DNA of 64,000 nucleotides from Raja brachyura (Eukaryota): the NCBI GenBank assembly GCA_963514005.1, contig OY740809.1, positions 13,268,001-13,332,000 of the forward strand, given 5' to 3'. Positions within the stretch are counted from its first letter, which is position 1. Every line of letters begins with the position of its first letter. A model generated the notes under the pieces. It made no database searches. It saw only the letters and a program-made list of their open reading frames with translations, and was not told the origin of the DNA. Made by a program: the position numbers and the translations under genes. Shown piece after piece: positions 49,831 through 62,005 of the stretch.

Positions 49831-50539
49831 GTTATTGTCAGGACATGGGGATCGGGTAATAGGCAGGCGGAAGGGTAAGAGTGATCTGGGGAAGATCTGC
49901 CACAGTGATCAGTTAATTGGGTGATCACTGAATAAGTGGTTGCTGTTGGGTTGACTGAGGTCAAGGAGTAGCGGTTCAATTAGGAGTTACTACCATGTGC
50001 TCAGGTGCATCAGAAAAGATGGTGTAACATAGCTTCTAGTGTGTAGGGATGAGAAGGAGGGATAACATAGAACTAGTGTGAGTGGGTGATCGATGGGTCG
50101 CTGGGGACTCGATGGCCCAAAGAGCATTTACAAGCTGTATTTCCAAACTAAATGAAATCTTTTTTAAAGGTGTTTAAAACCCCCCATTATACATCGTGCC
50201 CTCACTTATTTAGTTATACAACTGTGGCAGAGAATTGTTACAACACAGAAGGCAGCCTTCCCACCAATTATGTAACCACAAATTGCTTGTGGACCAATTC
50301 TGCAGGTCCCATGCTTCCACTCTAGCCCGCAGTCCTGCAAATTATTATTCTTCAAGACCTTATGGTACCTATCAAAGTATTCATTTTGAAGGCAGTAAAA
50401 GATTGTAGCCCCACCACTCTCCTGTGCAGTCCAGATCATATATATGTGCACAAACAACTTGCCCAAAGTTTTAAACATTCACTCTGGTTCTTAATCCATC
50501 TATTGTTGAGAAGGGAGCTTGTCTTTTTATCCTCTCTAA

Positions 50540-51115
50540 AGCACTCATGATCTGCAATACCTCTGTCATATCTCCTCTCCATTTCTTCGCTCCGATATGA
50601 TCATCAGTGTCTGCAATTGAATTGCAAAGCTGAAATCCCTCCACTCTGGAACCATTCTCACAAATCCTTCCTAAAATCTCCCCTGTGGCTTCACATTCAC
50701 ATTGCTCCTAAAGTGTGCTGAGCTGAACTGAATGCAAAAGTCCCACTGTGGCCCAACCAGTATTTTATATTGATTCACCATAACTTTTCTGTTGTGGTAC
50801 TTTGTGTCTTCATTTACGAATCCCAAGATTCCTTTATTGCTTTACTAAGTACCTTCTCAAAATGCTCGGTGACTTTCAAAGATTCACACATACGTACACC
50901 CAGGTCTCTCTGACCCGGCACATCCTTAGCATTCTACAATTAATTCAATATTGAATCTCCTTATTCTTTCTGCCAAAGTACATCACTTCATACTTCTCTG
51001 TATTAAATTTCATATGCCACTTCTCTGTTTATTCAGGCAGCCAATCTGCCTCCCTGCAGTCTATTACTGTTCTCCACCCTGTTTATCTCATCTTGGGAAT
51101 TGAATTTAATCATTA
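50540..51115 (-). mobile_element. CR1-type LINE fragment
   Basis: acacccaggtctctctg, catcacttcatacttctctgtattaaatttcatatgccac and atcattagcaaa, all antisense CR1 RT motifs. Confidence 0.7.
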
Positions 51116-51499
51116 GCAAAAGATGACTTTTATTCCTTAACATATTTAGTTTAAACGCATGTATTTTCTACAGGATCTCGGCGAGCTGCTTTTTATTTCC
51201 ATCAGGGGTCAGTGGAAATGGTCATTTAATTACTTATGTAGCAGCAGAGGAACAGCAGAAGACATATATGGAACAGATTGTTTGAAAAGGTAAAAGTGAG
51301 AAATAATTAAATGCTTGTGGTGAAATGCCTCAATTTCTGAAGCCTTGGGCGGCAAACCTGGATGCAAGCCATTCACTGTTTGTGTCTGTGGAGCAGGCAA
51401 GAGTGCCACCCGCACCGAAGAAGTGTTTTGTAATCCGTACTTGTAGCAGTGTTGAGTTGTCTCTTCTGAAGAACAGTGAAGCCACCCTAGTCCACACTT

Positions 51500-52390
51500 T
51501 AGTTTATCTTTTCAAAAATAAACTTTATTCATGAAAAACATATACAAGAAAACAAAAACAGTGCATGGCCTTCTTTATATTAATTGTCTTCCAGTCTATG
51601 TATTCAATGTTGTCAGGTCTATACATTTATAACATCATCAAGTTAATACAATCTATGTACAAATCACATGTGCCATTTTTGGACAATACTTATTTCAGTA
51701 TTCAATGGCGGTTGGATGGACTATGTGCCTTCTGTTCAAAGCCTTTGTGTTTGCAGGATAAAGCTTCAGTGTGTCCTCTGGCATGCACTCTTGTAGCCAG
51801 CTAGTAACATTCCCTAATGGACATTTTGTCTCATCATTAGACCAACACGTACCAGGCAGACCGAAATGTGTCTTTCACTGAGTTGATAATCTTCCAGCAG
51901 AACTTGACAATTGTATCAGTATACGTCTATAGGAACTAGACCTGAGGGTCCTCTGTTATGCAACTGTTTGGTGTGAACCTCGATAAGGCCATTGCATCCT
52001 TTTCCAGACTTTCTTTGCAAATGTACAGATCACGGAGGGACGGGCTGTTGATTTATCCTCATCATCGTCATCTGGATACTTGACTGTACAGCAAGGATCT
52101 TACAGGAAGTGTCCCTCTCACTGCAGGCCAGGCAAGGTCGGTGCTTGTTGGTGAAGTCTAGTGCTTGGGATATCATTCCACAGCACGGTCCCAGCCTCAA
52201 TCTTTTCTAGAGAGGCCAGCTCTCAGCTCTGTTTGTTGAGGCCAAGCGCAGGATGGAGACTTTTCATGTGTAAATGACCAGGTTGGCTCCTGAAGTGCTT
52301 TGATGGTTGGTGACATCCTGTCCCACACTCTCACGGTGCCAACACTGTCCTGGCACTGCTGCATTATTACATGCTCCAGGCCTGCACTGA
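51500..52390 (-). mobile_element. L1/Tx1-clade LINE 3' fragment
   Basis: Minus strand encodes CWKIINSVKDTFRSAW.VLV (Tx1-like WxxINSVKDALWSARNLL). It ends in AATAAA plus an A-rich tail near 51500-51530. Confidence 0.6.
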
Positions 52391-53488
52391 ACCTCACCGT
52401 ACTGTACTTTATTAAATGTGACCTTTGTGCATGTGAATTATTGTTTACTTGTGTTCCTAGTGTTTAGTATTGGTCTGATGGTAAATTGAATTAGTGTTTA
52501 GATTCTAAAGAACAGTGATTATTACCTTTAAAGAAGTATTGAGCTTTAACCACAGACGGGGACAATAAATCGACTCCGCTGTTGGTCATGAAACCAGCTC
52601 TGGAAAGTGCTGGCACCGATGGTTAACAACATTCTGATAGATTGATAATTGCTGTACTTGTGGATTATTTCAGCTCAATGAGAGTTAAAAGAAACATGCG
52701 GGTATTTAAGTGGACTCTGCAGTTAGTTTCCATCTTTGTCCACAATGTACAGCAAAGCCAATGCTGCAGAATTGCAGCTCTGCAGTCTGGGCTACCTTCA
52801 TTTCTCTTCAGCAGTCACAGGGAACTTTAAACCTGAATTTTAATTTACTTTAGAATGAATTGAAGTGCTGGTTCCAAGACTCATTGCTGAATCAATGATA
52901 TTTCAAGGGTGAATCATCCATTGTAAACTCATCTGCTCTAGTGAATGCTCTTTGACCAGATACTTTGTTTCTCTTTTCACAGACTCTGCCAAGTGTTTCC
53001 AGCAATTTGCTTTTATTTCATCTTGGACCTGTCTTTTCTTATAGCTGAGGGTGGCAAGAACTCCAGGAGCAGAGGCAGTGGGCCACTAAAGACCAGAATA
53101 GGCAGTGCATGGCAGGAGGGAGGTGCATGGCTGGTGGGCTAATTGGGGAGGACAGTGAAGGAGAACCAGGTGGAAGAGGATTGGCAGCTGATGATGATGG
53201 ATAGATTGCTTCTGTTCACATTGAAAAATGAAGTATTGTCTGTACATAATCACTAATAATTGTTACTCTGAATGCTATATGATTTAAATCTTGACAGTGA
53301 TTCCAATTAATAAATTGAGCCACTATCCCATCGTCATTCCCAAAACTCCCCCCCCCCCACACCCTGATCCCAATGACTAATAGCCCCTTGACCTTAACTC
53401 CCTGACCCTGACTAGGCCCACAACTCTAACCCTCACTGTCTCCCAACCTCACCATCTTAGGCAATCAAACCGTGGCTCTGGAAGTGTA

Positions 53489-53990
53489 CTAAACTAAGTG
53501 GGACCCGTTGGGTAACAGTCACACGGAAGGCCTGGTCACCCCTAATAGGTTGTGGGGGAGGGGGGGTGGGGGAGGGGGGGGGTGTGGGGGAGTGTGGGGG
53601 GGCGAGGGGTGTGTGGGGGTGAGGGGGATGTGTGGGGGAGTGTGGGGGGGCGAGGGGTGTGTGGGGGTGAGTGGGGTGTGTGGGGGTGAGGGGGGTGTGT
53701 GGGGGAGTGTGGGGGGGGCGAGGGGTGTGTGGGGGTGAGGGGGGGGTGTGGGAGGGGGGGGGGTGGGAAGGGGGAACCTTCAAAACTTCATAACTTTTGT
53801 ACTATTTCACCGATCGAAACAAAACTTATTTGACTTGCAGCAGAGGAGAATGGCGAGTAAGGTGGCAAAAAATCGCAGCGTTATGGGGGATTGTTTTTGC
53901 GCAAATGTAATTACAACGCAGACAGGAAGTGGTCAAGATGAGAGTTTTAGTAATATACAGAAGATAGAAGATAGATAAAAGAGAGATAGA
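53489..53990 (-). mobile_element. Non-autonomous Helitron-like element with a G/GT-rich minisatellite core
   Basis: Minus strand reads A|TCTATCT...ACCCAACGGGTCCCACTTAGTTTAG|T. This gives a 5' TC, a subterminal short hairpin, a 3' TTAG (CTAG variant), insertion between A and T, and no TSD. Confidence 0.65.
53553..53775 (+). repeat. G-rich imperfect tandem repeat (gtgggggagtgtggggggcgaggggtgt-like units)
   Basis: Dozens of G-runs with repeated sub-units, seen directly in the sequence. Confidence 0.9.
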
Positions 53991-55024
53991 TACCACTAGG
54001 TCTCTAGCACTCCAGTCCTTTGGACTCATGCACCATTGAAATTTAAAGAGGTGGATAACAACCAAAATGATTACTGGGCCACCACAATTATGACCATCCC
54101 ATCACGAGCCACTTGCTCCATCTGTGAAAAAGTCTGTGCAAATCTATATAAGCAGAACAGGACCAAGCGATCCTTAATGCTAAGGAACCCACAAGAAAAA
54201 AACAATTGTGTGGTTCCTCAAGATTGTACTATGCTGAGTCAAATTGCACCACATTTCCATTCTTAAATACATAAATTCTCCTTCATAAGTCACATTTTAG
54301 AACTGGACTAATTAATGCCAAATTTTGTATGCATTGTGAGAAACAAATAATATACTTTCATACGTGCAATTTACAGAGAATTACCAATTACATACACATT
54401 CCTAAGTGCAGTACAAGGAGTTGCTTTTTGAGATCTTAGAAAAATAATCATGTAAGTAAATGAAGGAGAGAAAGTATTCTTCATTAGTTTGCAATAGAAG
54501 AAGGCCTTGCATTTGTATCATCAAGTGGACAGCTGGATCTACGAGAACACTTACAGATAATCAAGTGCCTTTCAATTATGGCCACAGTTGTAATATGGTA
54601 AAAGTTGTTTTTAACTGCAGACTGTGCTTACTGGTGTTTGAAAGTGCAGCAATTTAAAAACTGCTAATGAGGTAATCAGTGGACAAAAATTGGCTTCTAA
54701 ATAAATAATTTGATTGTAATTACTATGACTAGAAATTTGAAAATGTAACAGGAAATGTTTGCACATATCCCATTTATTGCAGTAAGATTAATCAAATGTA
54801 AATAATATGTGATGTCTGATGGAAATGGAAAGATGATGGAGTGATTCCAAAATTAACTCATTCCTGCTACAACTGATGTTAATACTCACCTGTTGACTCT
54901 CCTGAGGATGTGAGGATGAACAATGTTAAATGAAGATATGTGTAGGAAGGATAAAGATATGAATGGGTAATGGTGAAAAGTGGTTGCTATAATGATCCCC
55001 TCCAGGATCTGAAGTATTACATAC

Positions 55025-55064
55025 CAGACTGGCAAGCCAGGTCCACGTCCTTTTCAAAATCTGT
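55025..55064 (-). CDS. ADGRB2: ADGRB2 (BAI2) coding exon, start of the cytoplasmic tail (TDFEKDVDLACQS + G)
   Basis: Minus strand reads ...cattttatag|ACAGATTTTGAAAAGGACGTGGACCTGGCTTGCCAGTCTG|gtatgt. The exon is 40 nt and ends in phase 1, joining the next exon as G|TG (Val). The peptide matches the recalled BAI2 motif DFEKDVDLACQTV. Confidence 0.93.
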
Positions 55065-55700
55065 CTATAAAATGCAGCAGGGTACAAAGAGACAGTAAGT
55101 TAGAGACATATGAGCTGTCAGCTGAAGCAACTCGCCCATTTACAGATGTCAGGAATCCCGATGTCCTGACTGAGAAGTTGCTGAAAATATGGAAGCACAA
55201 CATCTAAATGAGGGAATTCTGTCCTCACCGTGGTTTGTCACTGCAGTTCTGGCTCACAGAGTATCACAATTCTGCCTATGTGTTCCATGTTATCAGAGAA
55301 ATACACAATACAAAAAGTCTTTCTGTCGAACCTGTCTATATCAAACAAAACAATCTGTTGAGGGTGTTCACATATTTCAGTCTCCATTCTATAATGTTTG
55401 ATTGGTAACACTGAAACAAGAGCCGCAATGTTATCTTCCCACAGTGAGTGAAAGGATTATAGTATATCTCTGCTGGCATCACACTTGCACATTTCAATTA
55501 CATTCCCAAAATCTGGCAAGGGTATCACAATTAAATAACTGATGTAAGTTGGGTTTCCACAGTGTAATTGCGAGTCAGTTTTCGCAGGAATCGTTGCTGG
55601 AACATCAACTTTTCTTTACAGATTATATAGAGACCAGATAAAGGGATTGAATGCATGGTTGCTAAATCAGCTGAAGGCACAATGGTGGTAGGGAAGTGTG

Positions 55701-56160
55701 TACGGTTGCCAACTGTCCCGTATTAGCCGGGACATCCCGTATATTGGGCTAAATTGGTTTGTCCAGTAAGGGACCACCCTTGTCCTGTATTTGACTGCTT
55801 CTGCTCAAGTCGAGGGGATTGTCGGGTCGGAGCACCGCGTCCGGCCCCGCCCCGCCTCACCCATCCCGACGTAGTGCAGCCCATGGATTGCAGCAGTAGT
55901 GCCTCGCCTGTTGGTCGGCAGCCCGGCCAGCTGTCCGACCTGCGGACCTATGCTTACCACCCCCCCCTTCTCATGGCTCGGGCAGCGGACTTTGCGCGCG
56001 ACGTCGTGTGGCCCGGGACAAATCTCCTCAGCTAGCCCGCCGGCTGGGCTTTATGTGCAGTCCAGCACCCGGGCTAACTCATCATTCACCCAGCACAGCC
56101 GAGTCGGTCAAACTGGAGGAAGTGTCAAAATTTTGGCTCGATTGAGTGTTATGGCGATCC
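55701..56160. mobile_element. GC-rich DNA-transposon-like fragment (TACGGTTGCCAAC terminus)
   Basis: The start resembles the CAGGGYTGCCAAC-type terminus of the 29446 element and has repeated gtcccg/cgggac subterminal motifs. The right end and TSD are not clear. Confidence 0.45.
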
Positions 56161-56489
56161 CATAGTTTAAGGAAATGCAGTCAGAGAGAGAATGGGCAAC
56201 TACCAGCACAGGAGTGACAAGGGAATTGGGGAAAACCTCAGAGTGTGCATCACTCCATGGACTGTGCCTTCTACAGTGAAAAATTATGGGGTTGAATATT
56301 TCCTTGGAGAATGAAGATGGAGCCAAGATCATAGTACTACTGGTAACTCAGTTGCACAAAGCAAGAGATGCAAGCTTCCAAGGGCAATGGTGGTAGGCAC
56401 TTACTGAAAGGAATACAAAGAGAAATAGGAGGAAATTTTGCCCTTTGAGCCCACTCCGACATACATCAAGATCACAGCTAATCTTCTCA

Positions 56490-57630
56490 AAAGACACAAC
56501 ATGCTGAAGGAACTCATCAGATCAGGCATAATCTGTGGAGAGGATGGACACATGACATTTGGGATGGGACCCTTCTTTGGACTGATTGAGTGGGGAAGGG
56601 GGAGGTGAAAGTTGGAAAAGGGAGGTGGGGTGGGAAAAGTCTGGCAAGTGATAGGTGGATATGGGTGATGGCAGATGGGTGGAGATGGTGTCAAAGTTTT
56701 GAGGTGAAATGGAGACAAAAGGGTGCTGGTAAAAAAAGGAGTAGATGGAGTGGAATGTGAAGCCAGGGGGAGGGACATGGGTGTAGGGGGACAGGGGCAA
56801 GGGGAAAGTGGGGACATGAAAGAGAAATGGGACTCCGAGATGGGACGGGTAGGAGATGGGCGTAAGAAGGGGAAAGGAACACGGTGATGTGGGCGGTGGG
56901 AGAAAGGTGTGCACATCAAGGGAAGGATGTTGAATGAGAAGGTGGTTTATGGAAGGAGGCATTACTTGAAATTGGAGAATTGAATGTTCATGTCATTGGA
57001 ATGTAAACTACCGAAGATCAATAAGACGTGCTATTCCCCCAGGTTGCATATAGCCCCACTCTGGCAAAGGGGGAGGCCCAGGACAGAAAGATTGGCATGG
57101 AAATGGGATGGGGAGATACAATGACTTGTAACCTGGAGAACCATCAGGACTTGGCGGACTAAGCTCAAGTGTTTGGCGAAACGGATGCTTGGTCTCACTG
57201 ATGTAGAGTAGGCCACATCAAGAGCGCAAAATATAATATGTAAATGTAAGATTTTAAATAAAATCTTCTGACACCCCCGCACTTCATATACACCCATCAC
57301 TCCCACCACCACCCTCAACCTGTCCCTCACTCTGGCTTTACCTTTTATTCCTCTTCTCCCCTAGTTTATTTTTCACCTCCAGTCTTTGACACTATTTCCA
57401 TCCACCTGACAGTTACACCTCCTCCCCCTCATCTGCATCTACCAGTCATTTATCAGGCTTTGCCCTAACCCCATGTCTTTTTTTCCAGTTTTTCCCCACT
57501 CTGCTCCATCAAGCTGAATAAAGATCCTGTCCTGAAACGTCACCTGTCCATTCTGTCCAGTGATGCCGAGTTCCTCCATCACTTTGCTCTTTGCTTGGTT
57601 CCAGCATCCGCAGTTTCTTGTGTCTCCACA
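56490..57630. mobile_element. Penelope-like element 3' end (minus, 56490-57215) plus an inverted second terminal repeat (plus, about 57290-57630)
   Basis: ORF 57031..57330 gives RFAKHL...SHFHANLSVLGLPLCQS. The plus copy ends in ctgaataaagatcctgtcctgaaacgtcacc...ccagcatccgcagtttcttg. Confidence 0.75.
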
Positions 57631-58599
57631 AGTAATCTTCTACCTTAATGCCATGTTTTTGGACTATCTTCATATGCATTAAATCTGTTACCGCCCAGAA
57701 AACTATCTAGTTAATGAACTCAACAATTGTGCATTTACAGCTTTCTGAAGCAGTGAATTCCAAAGATTTACCGCTCTCAGTGTGAAGAGATTCATCCCCA
57801 ATTCAGTCTCAGGCCCCCAGTACCTGAGGCATTGACCCCTAATTCCAGAATCCTCAGCCAGGGGAAACATCTCCGTGTATCCAGACTATTTAGCCCGGTG
57901 AGACTTCTATCAGTTATGAGAGATCCTCACATTTCTAAACCACGAAGAATATAACCTAAACTACTCAATCTCTCCTCGTACATCTCTACCTCCGCAACTC
58001 CCCTGAAACAATTTTTGTCCTGCACGGCTAGTATCTTGAGGACAGATATGTCATATACATATAGATTTCACTCTGCTCTCGGAATTGCACTTTACTCACC
58101 ATTATCTGAACTTGACCATTTTTGTACGAATCAGGTGAGTTTTCATTCTCTTCATTTTTGCAACTTCCTGTTCGGCATTTTACAACATCCTGAATCTATG
58201 AGAAATTATAAAGAGATTTTGAAAATATATCCTTATTAAACAGAAGCAGTAATAACCAACATATTGCAGATATGGATATATATTTTTTTGTTTCCACAAA
58301 GTCTCTGGTAGATTTTAACACTTTTAAGAACTTTGAACTTGAAGGATACAATATGGCAGCATAAACGTGGCAACTCTTGTGCACTCTTTCTGTGTACTAT
58401 TTTTACACTCTTGTACTGGGTATGATTGTACTTATGTATAGTAGGATTTTACTGCATTGTATGCAAAAAAGGAATTTTACTGTACCTGGATACATGTGAC
58501 AATTAAGTACTATTGAACCACAATCTTGTTTTCGCTTCCCAAATTCCTGAAAATGTCAATGTATGCCAAATCCTCCTCGACTTACCAAAAATACCATTA

Positions 58600-60216
58600 C
58601 AATGGCTTGCAAAAGTATTCATACCCCTTGAACCTTTCCACATTTTGTCACGTTACAACCACAAACGTAAATGTATTTTATTGGGATTTTATGTGATAGA
58701 CCAACACAAAGTGGTGCATAATTGTGAAGTGGAAGGAAAATGATACATGGTTTTCAAATTTATTTACAAATAAAAAACGGAAAAGTGTGGCGTGCAAAAG
58801 TATTCAGCCCCCTTTACTCTGATACCCCTAAATAAAATCCAGTGCAACCAATTGCCTTCAGAAGTCACCTAATTAGTAAATAGAGTCCACTTGTGTGTAA
58901 TCTAATCTCAGTATAAATACAGCTGTTCTGTGAAGGCCTCAGAGGTTTGTTAGAGAACAATAATGAACAAACACCATCATGAAGCCCAAGGAACACACCA
59001 GACAGGTCAGGGATAAAGTTGTGGAGAAGTTTAAAGCAGGGTTAGGTTATTGAAAAATATCCCCAGCTTTGAACATCTCACGGAGCATTGTTCAATCCAT
59101 CATCCGAAAATGGAAAGAGTATGGCACAACTGCAAACCTACCAAGACATGGCCGTCCACCTAAACTGACAGGCCGGGCAAGGAGAGCATTAATCAGAGAA
59201 GCAGCCAAGAGGCCCATGGTAACTCTGGAAGAGCTGCAGAGATCCACAGCTCAGGTGGGAGAATCTGTCCACAGGACAACTATTAGTCGTGCACTCCACA
59301 AATTGGACCTTTATGGAAGAGTGGCAAGAAGAAAGCCATTGTTGAAACAAAGCCATAAGAAGTCCCGTTTGCAGTTTGCCACAAGCCATGTGAGGGACAC
59401 AGCAAACATGTGGAGGAAGGTGCTCTGGTCTGATGAGACCAAAATTGAAGTTGTGGCCTAAATGCAAAACGCTATGTGTGGCGGAAAACTAACACTGCAC
59501 ATCACCCTGAACACACCTTCCCCACTGTGAAACATGGTGGTGGCAGCATCATGCTGTGGGGATGCTTTTCTTCAGCAGGGACAGGGAAGCTGGTCTGAGT
59601 TGATGGGAAGATGGATGGAGCCAAATACAGGGCAATCTTGGAAGAAAACCTGTTAGAGTCTGCAAAAGACTTGAGACTGGGACGGAGGTTCACCTTCCAG
59701 CAGGACAACGACCCTAAACATACAGCCAGAGCTACAATGGAATGGTTTAGATCAAAGCATATTCATGTGTTAGAATGGCCCAGTCAAAGTCCAGACCTAA
59801 ATCCAATTGAGAATCTCTGGCAAGACTTGAAAATGGCTGTTCACAGACGCTCTCCATCCAATCTGACTGAGTTTGAGCTATTTTGCAAAGAAGAATGAGC
59901 AAAAATTTCAGTCTCTAGATGTGCAAAGCTGGTAGAGACATACCCCAAAAGACTTGCAGTTGTAATTGCAGTGAAAGGTGGTTCCACAAAGTATTGACTC
60001 AGGGGGGCTGAATACTTTTGCACGCCACACTTTTCAGTTTTTTTATTTGTAATAAAATTTGGAAACCATGTATTATTTTCCTTCCACTTCACAATTATGC
60101 ACCACTTTGTGTTGGTCTATCACATAAAATCCCAATAAAATACATTTACGTTTGTGGTTGTAACGTGACAAAATGTGGAAAAGTTCAAGGGGTATGAATA
60201 CTTTTGCAACCCACTG
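58600..60216 (+). mobile_element. Full-length Tc1 (DD34E) transposon, Passport-like, with IR/DR-type long TIRs
   Basis: TA TSD at 58598-99 and 60217-18. TIRs of about 215 bp (caatggcttgcaaaagtattcatacccc... / ...ggggtatgaatacttttgcaacccactg) each contain two TGCAAAAGTATTCA direct repeats. Confidence 0.95.
58979..59997 (+). pseudogene. Inactivated Tc1 transposase
   Basis: MKPKEHTRQVRDKVVEK...GRPPKL...WSDETK...FQQDNDPKH...[15 protein letters not shown]...KGGSTKY*. Premature TGA codons lie at 59051, 59596 and 59896, with a 1-nt frameshift near 59450. Confidence 0.93.
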
Positions 60217-60364
60217 TACATCTTCTTTCAAAAACATTTTCCCCATTTCTTTTTCTGAGAGTGAATGTGACTGTTTTTATTCTCAGTGTCTGTGTGTCCA
60301 TGATTTGAGAGTGCATATTAATGATTCACATCTGCTCGCTCTGGAAATTAAAACAACATAACTA

Positions 60365-60680
60365 TTTCTACAGATACACCACAGAGAGCATCCTATTGGA
60401 ATGCATCACAACTTGTTATGGCAACTGACCAAGGCTGCAAGAAACAGCAAAGAATAGTGGGTAGAGCTCAGTCCATCACACAGATCAAACTCCCCATCTA
60501 ACAAGTCCATCTTCATTCACACTTCCTCAGAAAAGCAGCCAACATAATCAAGGATGAGTCATTGTCACCGAGTCATTCCCACTTCTCCCTTCAACCCATC
60601 GGGCAGACGGTACAAAAGGTTGAAAGGACATACCACCAGATGCACTAACAACTCATTCCCTGCTGTTATTAGACGTCTAA
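60365..60680 (+). mobile_element. Rex1/Babar-type LINE 3' fragment
   Basis: ttctacagatacaccacagagagcatcctattggaatgcatcaca...ccatcgggcagacggtacaaa (FYR.T.ESIL..CIT...PSGRRY). Confidence 0.7.
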
Positions 60681-61094
60681 ATGGACATCATATGCTAAAG
60701 ATGTGTTCCCAATCAGGTCTCCCCCATTGCAGCCATTGTACTTTACTTTGATCTGAACTTTCTCTGCAGCTGTAATACCATATTCTGTGCTTTGTTTTCT
60801 ATCTGTTTTTGCACTACTTGCTGCATGGTATGATGTGCCTGGATAGAATGCATAGCAAAGTTTTTCATTGTACCTTGGTACACGTGACAATAATAAAACC
60901 AATACCAATACCGCACCCTGCTCTATTGCAGTTCCTATCTTGCAGAACAGATCTTGACTGTGATCTTTGCTAGTTTTGTTCAATTTGTACTATACTGAAA
61001 ATGAAACATCCAGCCAACATCTGGATGTTTACCTCTACACCTTCTCCCAACTCCACCAACCCCCACCAATTATTGTTCTGAAAGTGGACAACTG

Positions 61095-61415
61095 AAACAT
61101 AGAAACATAGAAACATAGAAAATAGGTGCAGGAGTAGGCCATTCGGCCCTTCGAGCCTGCACCGCCATTCAATGTGATCATGGCTGATCATCCAACTCAG
61201 TATCCCGTACCTGCCTTCTCTCCATACCCTCTGATCCCTTTAGCCACAAGTGCCACATCTAACGCCCTCTTAAATATAGCCAATGAACTGGCCTCAACTA
61301 CCTTCTGTGGCAGAGAATTCCAGAGACTCACCACTCTCTGTGTAAAGAATGTTTTCCTCATTTCGGTCCTAAAGGAATTCCCCCTTATCCTTAGACTGTG
61401 ACCCCTTGTTCTGGA
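61095..61415 (-). mobile_element. Young CR1/HER1-type LINE 3' end with (CATAGAAA)n tail
   Basis: ORF 61197..61463 gives SRTRGHSLRIRG..FFTQRVVSLWNSLPQKVVEA..FKRALD, and the tail repeat lies at 61095-61120. Confidence 0.9.
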
Positions 61416-61569
61416 AGGCAACACAACACTGACGATTAACAAGCTGAAGCTGGCACCGGTCATCCAAATATCTCTTAAAATAGTTTATCAAGAAACATTT
61501 ATAGTTATCACATCTGTATTACCAGAAAATTCCATGTGAGCACAGAGGGAAAGAATGCACATTCTTCCT

Positions 61570-62005
61570 GTATTGGGGTGACCTGAACTGCAGGGAATAC
61601 TCCAAATGTGGCCTAACCAAAGTCCTATAAAACTGCAGTATGACTTCCTGATTCTTTACTCATTGCCCCGACCAATGAAATCAAGCATACCATATGCTTT
61701 CTTTACCATTCTATCTGCCTATGTTGTTATTTTCAAGAGGTTGGGTACCTGGACTCCAAGATCTTTGTGTACCTCAATGCTGTAAGGGTCTTACCATTCA
61801 ATGTATATGCTTTTATTACATTCGATCTCCCAAAGTGCAACACATTACACTTACTTGGATTAAACACCATCTGCTATTTCCCTGACCATTTTTGTAGCTA
61901 ATCTATATCTCGTGTATACTTTTGCAGTCTTCCTCACAGTCCGTGACCGTAACAATCTTGGTGTCATCTGCAAACTTACTAACCAACCCATCTACATTTA
62001 CATTG
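61570..62005 (-). mobile_element. CR1-type LINE RT fragment
   Basis: tactccaaatgtggcctaaccaa...ttggtgtcatctgcaaactt (antisense KFADDTK). Confidence 0.8.

Noticed and set aside
53457-53783. Pro/His-rich and Gly-rich ORFs
   Set aside because: They are translations of the G-rich minisatellite.
56401-56962. Overlapping 172-aa and 146-aa Pro/Ser-rich ORFs
   Set aside because: They are translations of the pyrimidine-rich 3' tract of a Penelope-like element.
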